Source of the DNA: Paecilomyces variotii
Lineage: Eukaryota
Reading direction: 5' to 3' (one strand)
DNA: 64,000 nucleotides
NCBI GenBank assembly: GCA_004022145.1
Contig: RCNU01000003.1
Shown: positions 35,507-47,383 of the stretch, piece after piece
Layout: the number at the start of each line of letters is the position of its first letter
Position numbering within the stretch: position 1 is the first letter of the stretch
Position numbers and translations under genes: made by a program
Notes under the pieces: model-generated
Database searches by the model: none
Seen by the model: the letters and a program-made list of their open reading frames with translations, nothing else
What the model was told of the DNA's origin: nothing

Positions 35507-36282
35507 AAGGTCAACGCACCGGCTTCTTCGGCATGTTACTCGAGCCAGCGGAACAAACCTACGCATAAAAACGTCTCTTCAAACTCCTAGGAGCGATTCG
35601 TGTGCCAGTTCTTCCCGTGCAGCTAGCACGCGAGTTTTCCACGGGCTTTACAGTCCACTCTCCAGCAAGACATAGGTCCTTTATCTGCACTGGATCTAAA
35701 TCCAGACAAACTTTTGGACTTTCCGTCAACTCGAACGCTTTTCTTCAAGGTTAGGAATATTCACTTGGTATTCACAGGGGTGGTAACGCCAACGTCACTT
35801 ATTCGTTGTGACAAACATATGTATCGGCGTTGTCTTTGCACCTTCTGCTCCTCTTTCTGAGGGCTCATTCTTCTTATGAATTCTTCTTTTGAATTTACTT
35901 TGTGAATGGCAGTAAGCCTTCTTGTGTCTGGTCCAAGGGTGGCTATCCCAGAACTCCAAAGAGACTTGCTTCTCGGGATACAACCTAGATCAGCTAGATA
36001 TTAGTACTACTCGTTCATTTTCCTATGAACTGCACCTTTGTTTAATCAGCTTGGAATTCACACCTCGACACTGAAAGTCATATCTCCTGAGTTCAAGAAT
36101 CAGAATAGTTGTCCCCGTAAAGGCAGCTTTCCAAGTATTCATATCTGAAACACTTCTTCTTGACACTGTCCTTCAACAGTAACGCATCAGACAACTGTCG
36201 ACAGACCCCGGAATGCGAATCGTATCGCTCCTGGTGGCAGTCTTGGAAATTTGGACATAAATTCCACTCCATTAAAGGGGAC

Positions 36283-37817
36283 ATGGAGACTCTAAACAGA
36301 TCAATTGCCATTGATCCTGGTCCAAACAAGGAATTCCCACGCAATATGGTGAGAAAAGGGTCACGATTTCATCGACAGAGCTTAGGAAATACTCAACCTG
36401 CGAAGACAAGCACACCAATTCTACAATCGAAAACAGAAATAGCGGAACCGATGAAGAAAGGCAGCGAAGCATCCGCGAGAAGGCACAATCATGTCCAGAA
36501 GAGCTCCCCTGTTCATCACAGCCTCTCAAATAGATTCATGAAGCACGTGAAATCACCGGAAAGCCTTCTTCCGAAGTTTCAGTCGTTGAGACTTCGTTCA
36601 CGTACGACCGATGGGCGCTTCGAAGTTCTCGGCCAGACTACCCGTACAACAGCCCCAAATATAGTTGGAGAAGTGCCATACTCAAGGGTTCCTAACCGCC
36701 AAAGGTTTACTTTCCCCTTTACTAACAGGGCTGTGTCTGAAGGCGGCAACACACGTCAGCAACAATTTCCAGGATCATGTCAAAGGCCTTCTAATACAGT
36801 CATCGTACGTCTTCCTTCTGGGGACCTCGTCCCAGAATGTCTCAGACGATATTATCAACAGGGCTCATTGAAGTCTGATGCTACAGATGACATACGACCA
36901 TTAGGCTTCACTCAATCAGCATCATGGAGGGTTCCTGGATCCCGTAAGCTGATCTTGGAGACGAGGAAGACCGAAGCCGAGGGGCAAGGTGATCTGTCAC
37001 ACAGAGGGATACCCTCGAACCCAGGAGATGAAAATACGTCGGGCATACCTCTAAATGCCACAGGGGGACAATTACTTGCGGAAATGGCCCGCAAAAGGTT
37101 GGAAAGGGGGAAGAAGGTCACAAAGGACAAAATGTCAATAAAGAGGCGCAGCTTCGGGGGAAAGACAAAGCATGGTGAGTTCCTACAATGAGAATACTAT
37201 CACGTATTATCTGACCGGCCAAGGCCAACTTCTCTTAGGGGAGGGTGACGACACTTTGCAGGGCTGCGCACTCCAAGGAAAAGTAAGTCTTGCATCTACT
37301 TTTCCTGCCCTGTACTTTAGTAATAGGATCATAGCTGGAGTACGTCCGACAGGTCACCGGGACCCAGGTGATTCTACACTCGCTGGACGGCGACGAGCCC
37401 ACGCGCGGAGTTCACGATGACCGGCATTGGTATGCCAAAAACCTGAGGTGTATCGTATGTACCTCGCCGTGTGCGGTATGCCAGAGGCCGTGCTGTATAT
37501 ATGAAGCAGCACGTCGCACGTATAACACCAAGGCCAGCTGGATCAGGAAACGGGAGGATGCACGAAAGCTCCTCGCTGTTATCGACTGCTTTGGTCCCTT
37601 GGCCAAAGATGTAAGCACATTTTCGAAGTGCTCCATTCCTGGGGGCTGCGGCAAGTTCGTATGCCCCGAGTGTTGCGGCGCTTGCCCGATAGTAGGATGC
37701 CGGGACATCCAGTGTAAGGTAGGTTGGAAATGGTCTTTAAAACATAAGAGGTAGATCTGACAGTGCTTATAGGTGTGCAAGCCCGATCCGTGGGCACCTT
37801 GCGACTGGCACGAGTAG
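36283..37817 (+). CDS. Hypothetical protein with basic disordered N-terminus and Cys-rich (zinc-finger-like) C-terminal domain
   Basis: Long exon to 37175 (gtgagt), exon ~37239-37282 (gtaagt), exon ~37335-37718, last exon VCKPDPWAPCDWHE* ending 37817; frames are consistent. C-terminus CIVCTSPCAVCQRPCC..CSIPGGCGKFVCPECCGACPIVGCRDIQCKVCKP..CDWH. Start codon uncertain. Confidence 0.7.
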
Positions 37818-38235
37818 GTGTCAGAACCCAAACAGCCAGTCGCAGTCAGTGCTATCTTTGGATGGGTGAGCACATACTTAGAGGAATGGGAAGAAGGGTG
37901 AAGAGATTGAGGATACGACGAGAACATAGATGTGTGGAGAGTTTTAAGAATAATACATCAAATGCATCAATAGATGATCTCCAAAATCCTGTTTGTAGAA
38001 TCAACGACAGCACCGTCTACTACTGTCTTCGAGTTGTCAGTATAGCAGATGGAAGTTGATGTCAGTCGACGGCCAAGGGCAGACGGGGTCACGTGCCGCA
38101 CTTTAGCGAGGCCCGCACCGCACCACAATTGTGTCAGTCTCACGATCGGCTCGCCGCAAAGACGATTCGACTCAACCACCCAACGCCAACCGACAACAAC
38201 TCGTCTCGAGCGGCTGCGCATCTCCAACATTCAAG

Positions 38236-39036
38236 ATGCGTACCTACGACGATAGCTTCAGCGGTGAGAAGATCTACCCTGGAAAGGTGCGTTTTCCCTC
38301 GAAACATTCGCCAGTGCACGCCTTCCGACCGGACATCGAATCCGCAACGAGGACGCGAGATGGACTGCTCCTGCAGCAGCTAGTGATATGGAGGGACAAT
38401 TCGTTAACAGTTCTGTCTTGATTACAGGGTAAGCTGTACGTCCGTGGCGACAGCAAGATCTTCCGCTTCCAGAATGGAAAGTCCGAGTCCCTCTTCCTCC
38501 AGCGCAAGAACCCTCGCCGCATTGCCTGGACCACCCTATACCGTCGCCAGCACAAGAAGGGTATCTCTGAAGTCAGTACAATCCGATCCTTTTATGATTT
38601 ATTTGTCGATATTATGCGAGGAATGGGAAACGTGCAGAGGATATGGAATTGTTGTGGGATTCGGGAAGGACCGCTTACGATTGGAGAAATTGGAGGATGA
38701 TGCAAAGCATTGTATCGGACAAAAGCTGACGGGATATCTTTCAATTTACAGGAAGTCGCTAAGAAGCGTACCCGCCGTGTCGTCAAGAGCCAGCGTGCTA
38801 TCGTCGGTGCTTCTCTCGATGTGATCAAGGAGCGACGAAGCCAGCGCCCCGAGGCCCGTGCCGCCGCTCGCCAGGCTGCCATCAAGGACGCCAAGGAGAA
38901 GAAGGCTGCTGCTGAGAGCAAGAAGAAGGCCGAGAAGGCCAAGAACGCCGCCAGCGCCGCCCAGGGCAAGATCCGTATCCAGAGCAAGCAGGGTGCGAAG
39001 GGTGCCGCTCCCAAGGTTGCCGCCAAGTCTCGTTAA
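38236..39036 (+). CDS. RPL24: 60S ribosomal protein L24 (eL24)
   Basis: [87 protein letters not shown]; introns 38287-38427 and 38572-38751; strong codon bias. Confidence 0.97.
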
Positions 39037-39737
39037 ACGAACTTGTTGTCTGTTCTTGGGTGGGGTATGATGGAGAATTGAGTAGCATATGCTGGGATTT
39101 TCTGGAGCTGGACTGATTTCCTCACGATAAAAAATGGGATGAACACATGGGCGACGGGTTCTTGCGGATTGAACATCGCGCTCGGCTCTTAGAAACAGGC
39201 CTATCATCGCGCGCCATACTATTTTCGCTGGAATGGAATGGATGTGAAATGATGGCTTTTCATGGCTCTGGCCAGTAGATTCCACGAGGAGTTTACGGAC
39301 TGTCTCCAATTGACTAATGTCATCAATATATCCGTTCTATCGACAGTGCATTTTCTTTCCTTCCTGTGGATGTAGCGAGTATATGGTAAGGGATCGTATC
39401 TAGTAAAGAGACCTCGTAACCTGTTCGATTTGATATTATTCTATGTCCTTCTGATACCATTACTTCAACGTCACTACTAGTGACATCTATGGATCAAAGT
39501 AGCCGCATACTTGCCTGTTTTGCACCGAATCTTGTAAGCGGATCTCTGTATCTATCTATGAGTACGGGCTATATTTATTTCTCTAGAGATCATTTGATAT
39601 TCAGTGCATACGTGTGTTCATAAGGCAAGAATAAGTAAGTACACTTACCACCTAATGCCCTCCGCATACGTCGGTTTTTCCAGTTAAGCCTAGGTGACTC
39701 TTCTAGGCTTCTCCGCAACTTGCAAGGCGCCGCTTAC

Positions 39738-39773
39738 TAAACCCTAACCATGAGCTTCAGGGCTTAACCCTAT
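39738..39773 (+). promoter_or_regulatory. Pair of telomere-like AACCCTA motifs upstream of RPS30 (candidate Tbf1/telobox-type sites)
   Basis: taaaccctaac at 39738-39748 and taaccctat at 39765-39773, ~350 bp before the RPS30 ATG. Tbf1 binding TTAGGG-like sites at ribosomal protein promoters is established in Candida albicans; function here is inferred. Confidence 0.4.
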
Positions 39774-40111
39774 CATTCCCGGTAAGGCATCCACGTACAG
39801 GTGCGTTATACCTCCCATTAGAGGGCTCTCAACGTGGTGTTATGAAATAACTTTTGAGTATTCTAGAGTATACTATCATTTAGAATATATATTTCTCATT
39901 AATTCACGATATTTTATTACTTGAGTGGACAAAAACTCGTGTTCAAATTTCTTTGAACCCTCAGGCACCAACGATAAATCTGACATAATCCACTCGGGAA
40001 TTCGCCTCCGAACACAAGACTGCACCCCCATAGTGCAGATATCTCTCTCCCTCGACAACCCACCGTTCCGACAACCCATTTTCCATCACAACCCAACCGT
40101 CATAATCCATC

Positions 40112-40688
40112 ATGGGTAAGGTTCAGTAAGTACAACCTACTCCAAACCCTCGATCCAGGCACACTTCCTGAGATGAAGAACTGTGCCCGATTTCTTTTCG
40201 CGATGGGATTTGTGTGCTGACGATGACTCTAGCGGCTCTCTCGCCCGTGCGGGCAAGGTCAAGTCTGCTACTCCTAAGGTGCGTTAACGACTCTTTTTCG
40301 ACGATGAAAATCCGGTTGCAAAAGTTTTCAGCGATGGAATGATGGAATCCGAAGAGGACACGGGCAAGGACACGAAGTACTGATCGGGCTGGGAAATATA
40401 GGTCGAGAAGCAGGAGAAGAAGAAGGTCCCCAAGGGCCGCGCCAAGAAGCGTCTCTTGTACACTCGCCGCTTCGTCAACGTTACTCTGACTGGTGGAAAG
40501 AGAAAGGTACGTTCGGATAGTCCTCATGTCTCTCATCGATGAGACGGAGAGGCCATGCTGTATCATCGATGCACATGGGTCGTGATGCATCTTCCCTCCC
40601 GTCTCATCGGTGATGGGAGAACCTACGACAAAGAGGGGTCCGTTGCTGACAAAAATTCCTACAGATGAACCCCAACCCTACCTCGTAA
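40112..40688 (+). CDS. RPS30: 40S ribosomal protein S30 (eS30)
   Basis: Four exons missed by the ORF track: [62 protein letters not shown]. Canonical donors gtaagt, gtgcgt, gtacgt. Confidence 0.97.
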
Positions 40689-41844
40689 ACGACTCCATCC
40701 TCAGGGTTTCGAGAGAGGATGACACATCAATGACGGTCACGATGATGGGTTAAATGGGCAAATCTCTTTTTTCTCTACTGGCGGGACCGTGAAACACACG
40801 AACAACCGAGCGTGGTGAGGAATGGTACCGTCAGGGAAAGGGGAAAAGCAAGGCAAATCATCAGCGTCTAGGAATGGGCGGTTCGGAAAACAGGAGATGA
40901 TGGGGGGCGTTTTTTCTTGATGGAAACAAATCAAAGGCATTTTATGTCACTATTCTCCTTGTCTTTTCTCTGGATCAGTGTTTTTCCTTCCTAGCCAGTC
41001 CCGGAGTCCCTTTGAGAGAGAAATCTAGAAAGAGATTCCAAGAGCTATTGGTCGACCTCTGTATGATGGTCCTTTCCCTCCATATTCTTCGACGTAGGCT
41101 TAGGTGCGCTCTGCATTGCATGCCAAATCAAGCTCATAGCAACTTGCGTGCTGACATCTACGTAAATCTACTGTTATATCTGCGGCTCTTAGAAGATAAG
41201 TACGGGTAGCATTCTACTGCTGCGTGGCAAGCCGTTGACAAGACTGTCTTGGAGTTTCCTGCAATGAACTTCTATATTTCTATTTCAAAGTGCATAATCT
41301 AGGTTCTATAATCATTGAGTGAACCGGGAAAATGAAAATGAGACCTGCCACGCTGGTGAAGAAACCAGCGTGTGGCGACCTGCGAAGACCTTGTCCTGAG
41401 AGCCCATCGAGGGCCATCACTCCAGACAGCCCATCAGAAAAGCAATAACAAGCGATGAGATCGACGCCTATATTTTCCAACATGATAAAAGGGAAAAAAA
41501 GGTGTGGCGACCGTCCATAAGTTCTGGCCACCGGGGTTCCCCGCGAGGGAAAAAAAAGTTAAGCTTGTACAGAGAACGTCGCCGGATATGGAAAGCAGCG
41601 GCGCAACTGCGCTAGAAACCCACTTTCCCCCAAGACATGGAGCGATTCTGCAGAGATAGCATGTGCGATGAAGACGAAAAGATGGAATCAAGAGCAGAAT
41701 CTGAAACTCTTGTCCGTATGTTTTTGTATGATTTGTCCCGCAGGTGGTGCAAGGACAGGAAATGCAGCAGTAAGAACCGTGCGCCCAACGCCACGACGAC
41801 AGGTGGAATGGAAATGTATTAGACTCTCAGCTTTTCGTGATAGT

Positions 41845-42502
41845 CTAGTAGTAGTGTGCCATCTCCAGACCGGCACGCTTGAAGCCGCACTTGACATAGA
41901 ATCCTTCGTTTGCCTCGGAGCAGTCAAGGATAGTCTGTACAAAGATTTTGTTAGTTAAAATGGTCTAATCTTCAGGGAGTAAACAATGCCTGACGCACCT
42001 TGTAGCAGCCAACCTTCTCTGCAACGTAGTCCAAAGCCTGGATGATCCGCAGGCCCAGCTTCTTACCCTGTTGGCCCTTCTCAACGGCAATATCTTCGAT
42101 GTGGCCGACCATGCCCAGCGAGTGGATGAACTTCCGCTCCACAATCAAGCTTCCCGTACCGACAACACGGCCAGTTCCATCACAGATAACCAGAAGATAG
42201 TACTCGTCACTGCGGACGGACATCCAGTCGTATCTTTGGTTCCATTGCTCTACGGAAACGTCTCCAACGGTGGTAAGAACCCGGAGAACGTCCAGGTAGC
42301 CATTGTGGTAGTCGGAACGGCGCAGCGGTCGGACGGTATAGCCCTCCGGCAGAGCTGCAGCGACGTCGGGAGATATGAGGGTGGGAGAGAAAAGGGGCTT
42401 TTCGTCGACAGCCATGGTGGAGGGTGCAGGAGACGGTTCCGGGGTGAAATCGGCGGTGGTCAAAGGTGATGCCGCAATGGTAACAGCAGCGGCGCTGGAC
42501 AT
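41845..42502 (-). CDS. GNA1: Glucosamine-6-phosphate N-acetyltransferase
   Basis: LPEGYTVRPLRRSDY..LRVLTTVG..GTGSLIVERKFIHSLGMVGHIEDIAVEKGQQGKKLG..GCYK|TILDCSEANEGFYVKCGF..EMAHYY*; one intron near the 3' end. Confidence 0.96.
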
Positions 42503-43593
42503 TTTGAGGAAGAGCAATCGAACGTTTCTCGCAGCGGTACCGATTAGGAAGTCTTCAGGGAAGCAGTAGATCGATAATGAAGACCCAAGATCCAAGAGGC
42601 CTTGTCGATCCTTTGAATTGCGGTGTCTCAACCAGGCAAATTCAAAGGAAGCCGCGGGGTGCGAATGCGGTGAGAGTAGGGGATAAAGTCCGGAGAGCGA
42701 ACGACGTTGAAGCGGGACAACGAGCGACTTTAAGAGAACAATGGGATTGAAAGCAGTTGATCTACTCTAGATGATAAGCTCTGGAGGCGAAACTATAGGA
42801 AGAAAAAGAGGGCTTCAAGGTCAACTGGCCGCAAATATACAGCATCTCCGCCGGGCGCATGCCACGCCCGTGGATCCGCATTGGATCGGCTTGTTCCAGC
42901 CTGCGCCCTGTTCTCCCAGCCACAACGAACTTCGTCAGGAGAAGACGACAGACGGTACTGGACATTATTGGATCTTTGATTAGCATCCATGTCTCAGCTA
43001 GTTATCGATTGCTTAGCTATGTACTATTATTATGCGTTTGCACGTCGTTCTGCACACCATCCAGTTTGCTGTACCTGAAACTAATAATCCGACTCTTTGG
43101 GCCAGGACCAGGATCGCTTGCTTCCAAAAATAGTTGCTTGCTAAAGACAGAATACTCTAGCCAGGGCTACATTATTATCGCCAATCCTCTATGCAGTTCT
43201 TGACTCTTCTATCACCGTTCCCTGTTGTTAGTTTCTCACTAATCTTATCAATTATCAAATGTGCAGTTCTCTTCAACGTGAATGTGTGTTTTCGCGTTCC
43301 CAACAGCATTATGGAGATCTATGCGGGACTGGCTACTCTACTCCCCCACCAAGGCTACTGATTTCTCAATAGTTCATCTGTACGGAGTATCGAGTAGTAC
43401 TTTATAGTTGAAGACGATCGTGGCACCGGTCTACACGCCAAGTCTCTATATTGCATACAACAGCATGCTGTCACGGCGGTTTTACCAACCTTATCCGAAT
43501 CCAAAACAGTGAAAAAACAGATGGCTCAAGAACTTGTCAATATACAGGGGGCTGCTATCCTAAAACTACTATAACAGTGGTATGGAATCAAGT

Positions 43594-45602
43594 CTATTTC
43601 TTCTCCTTGGGGCTGATCATCAGCTCCGGGCGGACGTACTTGTCGAAGTCCTCCTCGCTCAGAGCCTTGAGCTCCATAGCACTCTGCTTCAGGGTCAGAC
43701 CCTTCTTGTGGGCGTTCTTGGCGACCTTGGAGGCCATGTCATAGCCAATAACGGGGTTCAGGCAGGTAACCAGCATCAGACTACATATCTCGTCAGTATA
43801 CACGTCTAGAAAGACGGTTCAGTTGTTTTAAGTACATACCTCTCGTGCAGAAGAGAGTCGATTCTCTTGCGGTCGGCCTGGAGACCTTCAACCAGGTGGT
43901 CCTGGAAACTGATCATGGCGTCGGCCAGGATGCGGGAGCTGTGCAGAAGGTTGCGGATCATCATGGGCTTGAAAACGTTCAGCTCGAACTGGCCGCTCAT
44001 GCCGCCAACAGTAGCAGCGACGTGGTTACCCATGACCTGGGCGCAGACCATAGTCAGAGCCTCACACTGGGTGGGGTTGACTTTTCCAGGCATGATCGAG
44101 GAACCGGGCTCGTTCTCGGGCAGGATCAGCTCACCCAGACCGCAACGGGGACCGGAACCAAGGTAACGGATATCCTGAGCAATCTTGAAAAGAGAGCAAG
44201 CCAGAGTGTTCAGGGAGCCGGAGGCCTCAACGATGGAGTCGTGGGCGGCCAGGACCTCGAACTTGTTAGGGGCGGTCACGAACTCGGTGCCAGCAAGCTT
44301 GGAGATCTCCGCAGCGACAGCCTCGTCGAAGCCCTTGAAAGTGTTCAGACCGGTACCGACGGCAGTACCACCCTGAGCAAGCTGACGGAGGTGAGGAAGA
44401 GTGGCCTCCACACGCTCGATGTTGCGGTCCAGCTGGGCAACGTAGCCAGAGAACTCCTGGCCCAGAGTAAGAGGAGTGGCGTCCTGCAAGTGAGTACGGC
44501 CGATCTTGATGATCTCGGAGAACTCGTCGACCTTCTTCTGCAGGGCGTCGCGCAGGCTGCGCAGGGCAGGCAGAAGACTACCCTCGAGCTCGAGGACAGC
44601 AGCAATGTGCATGACGGTGGGGAAGGAGTCGTTGGAGGAGGCGGACATGTTGACGTGGTCGTTGGGGTGGACGGGCTTCTTGCTTCCCATCTTTCCACCC
44701 AGGATCTCAATGGCACGGTTGGAGATGACCTCGTTGGCGTTCATGTTGGACTGAGTGCCGGAACCGGTCTGCCACACAACCAGAGGGAAGTGGTCAATGA
44801 GCTTGAGGTCGGCGACCTCAGCAGCAGCCTGCTGGATAGCCTTGCCGATCTTGGGGTCTTGGAACGACATGATTAGGACGCATCCTCGTAGATTTAGAGC
44901 GCTCTACAACTTACCAAGGCCAAACTTCATGTTGACGGTGGCCGCAGCTCCCTTGAGGATACCGAAAGCCTTCACAATCGGAGGAGGCATGCGGTCCTGG
45001 GGCTGGTTGATCTTGAAGTTACCCAGAGAACTACGCTCGAGTCAATATACAGTCTGCCTATTGAGTATCTGCTTGTCGACATACCGCTGGGTCTGGGCAC
45101 CCCAGTACTTGTCCGCAGGGACCTATTGCATGTTTTTGTTAGCTTTATCCTCATTCCGCGATCTTTTTGCGCTGGACTATCAAGAAGCAGACTCACCTGG
45201 ATCTCACCGAACGCATCGGTCTCAGTTCGAGTTTCCTGCGCCTATACAACCCGTCAGCCTCTTTTCCCAATCGCTGATGTCATCCCAACTCCCGCAGGTC
45301 CTCCTGCTAGAGACACCGTAAGAGCAACACCTCCATTTCGCAAAACCACATACCATTCTAGCGGTCGTGCTGAAAGCTCTGGAGCTCAGGTTGATGGACT
45401 GAAGGCGAGTAAACTGCTGCAGAGACCGGCCATTGGAGCTCAGCGCCCGTCGGCTACTGATCGCGAATGAGGGGGAGTACGAGCGGGCAGATGCCGCGAG
45501 CAAGCCCCGGGCAACTGCGGGGGAGCTCAAGGTAGAGCTTCGAGTGACCGCATGTGAGGCCATCGAGCGCACCGCGGCCCGAGAGGAGGCTGGATTCATC
45601 AT
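43594..45602 (-). CDS. FUM1: Fumarate hydratase (class II fumarase) with mitochondrial presequence
   Basis: Signature [15 protein letters not shown], plus [43 protein letters not shown] and [25 protein letters not shown]. Several short introns; Arg/Ser/Ala-rich N-terminus. Confidence 0.97.
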
Positions 45603-45801
45603 GGTAGATTGGGGTTGTTGTGTGTCTTCCTAGTCAGACGAGGATAATGACCAACTTGGAGACTCCAATGCCTCACAAGCAACTTTCTGGAGAGGAGAGG
45701 AAGGAGAAATGCCTATCCAGGTAAAAAAGGACTTTGGATATGGATAATAATATGAGTTGGTTTCCGCCCGTCCGCTTCTGCGCGTTTCCTTCAACGGCCA
45801 G

Positions 45802-45814
45802 CCGAGATTTCCCG
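45802..45814. promoter_or_regulatory. CCG-N7-CCG motif in the fumarase promoter (candidate AcuK/AcuM site)
   Basis: ccg agatttc ccg, 200 bp upstream of the FUM1 ATG inside a dense CGG/CCG cluster. CCGN7CCG is the described Aspergillus AcuK/AcuM gluconeogenic element. Confidence 0.45.
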
Positions 45815-46148
45815 TCTCCGTGTATCGGAATAACCGTCCGTACGGCTGTTCGGCAAGCCTTTGCCGTAACTGCGGAGGGTGCGGCTGTACCGTACGGTAC
45901 CAACGGACCGCGACCGCTGGTAATCGATTATCCAGCTGTTTACTTAGTAGTTACTCTCCGTTTTGCTAACTAACTAGTCATTATTATTATTATACGAACA
46001 GTTTCGTCGTTGGAGTCCGTCTACGTCAATTGCTGATTGGTTGCTTGGTCGGAGTGAATCACTGCTTTCGTACATATTTACAGCTTCATGTCTGGAGTAT
46101 GTACTACTGTACTTGAAAGATAACTCTCTGCTAAGATAAACTCCCAAA

Positions 46149-47383
46149 TCACTCGCGCAGCTTCTCCTTCAACACGGCAATTGTCCTTTCATTATACAGC
46201 TTGCCCGAGGCTAACACACCATCCAAATACGCAAAAGTATGCGGCGCTCCAAGCACACGGATCGACTGTACCTCACAACCGGCTGCCTTCATTTTTGCGG
46301 CGTACGCTTCTCCCTCATCGCAAAGAGGATCCATCTCAGCTGTGAATACAAGCGCCGGAGCTAGGTTCGCGAAATTGGGAGCCAGAATCGGGGAGATTTT
46401 CCAGTCCTGGACTCCATGTCAGCGGAGAAAACAAGTCCAATGATGCATATTTGCTGCTACGTACGCTTTCTGACTTCTCAGGTCGTGGCACGCCCAGGAA
46501 ATGCCGGTGAAAGTATGCCATTCTGGCCATCGGAAGCGCTGGTGTGAATTCCATCATCCGATACGATTCGTACGGGCAGTTCTCGCGGTCGAATTGTCCT
46601 TCTGGTGTGAAGGGGCTGTGGAGGTCACATACGGGCACACAGAGAATCTGCAGGCGCAAGGGGATGCTCTCGTCGCGGCACAGATGGGCAACAACTGCTG
46701 AAAGATGACCTCCAGCAGAGATGCCACCTACCGCGAACCTATCGCGGTCGAGGTTGAACTCCTCTGCTTTCTCGTTCCGGACCTTCGCCAGGTTAGCACT
46801 CATAATGAGACTCGGGGTTTGTGCTTACCCAGTTGAATGCTGCCCAACAGTCGTTCACCGGTATAGGATACTTGTTCTCCGGTGCCAGGCGGTATTCGAC
46901 ATCAAAAGCCACGAGGTCCCCATCGAGAGCGTCCACAATCCGTTTACAGAAATCGTGGTCTTTAGACAAATCTCCGAAGACCCAACCCCCTCCATGGAAG
47001 TTAAGGTAGGCAGCTCTCTTCTTCGCATTGCCTTTCTCGTCCACCTTGGGAGCTGGTTCGAAGATCCTGACAGTAATCTCCCCTCCTTCTACAGGGCACT
47101 TCTGCTCCGTGATGCGGTAGATATCCGGTCCTGCAGCGCGTCCCCAGGAGACAGTATACTTGCCAGGGTTCTTCCTATATTCTTCAATCGGAACCTCGTG
47201 CGTATGTAGACGGCCGGCATTGTATTTATTATATAGTTCCACGTATTTTGGATCAAAACGGGGCAGCAGCCTTTCGGGGATGCTGTTGTGTAGTGGTTGT
47301 AGAATATCTTTGGGACGAAGAGCATGCAAAGGACCTTTCGTTGATGCATCCCCCGATGCTGCAGTCGTGTTTGTATCTGCCAT
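46149..47383 (-). CDS. Alpha/beta hydrolase fold-3 (HSL-family) esterase/lipase
   Basis: NFHGGGWVFG oxyanion motif, VEYRLAPENKYP, nucleophile GISAGG, AEMDPLCDEG (Asp), GAPHTF (His); two introns (~46777-46828, ~46410-46463). Confidence 0.92.

Noticed and set aside
40126-40232. Box C/D snoRNA in RPS30 intron 1 (atgaaga ... ctga)
   Set aside because: C box is non-consensus, the CTGA coincides with the branch point gctgac, the span is too short and no rRNA guide was recognised.
43845-44876. 343-aa plus-strand ORF opposite fumarase
   Set aside because: Antisense shadow of a strongly codon-biased gene; exact overlap with the main FUM1 exon and no independent motif.
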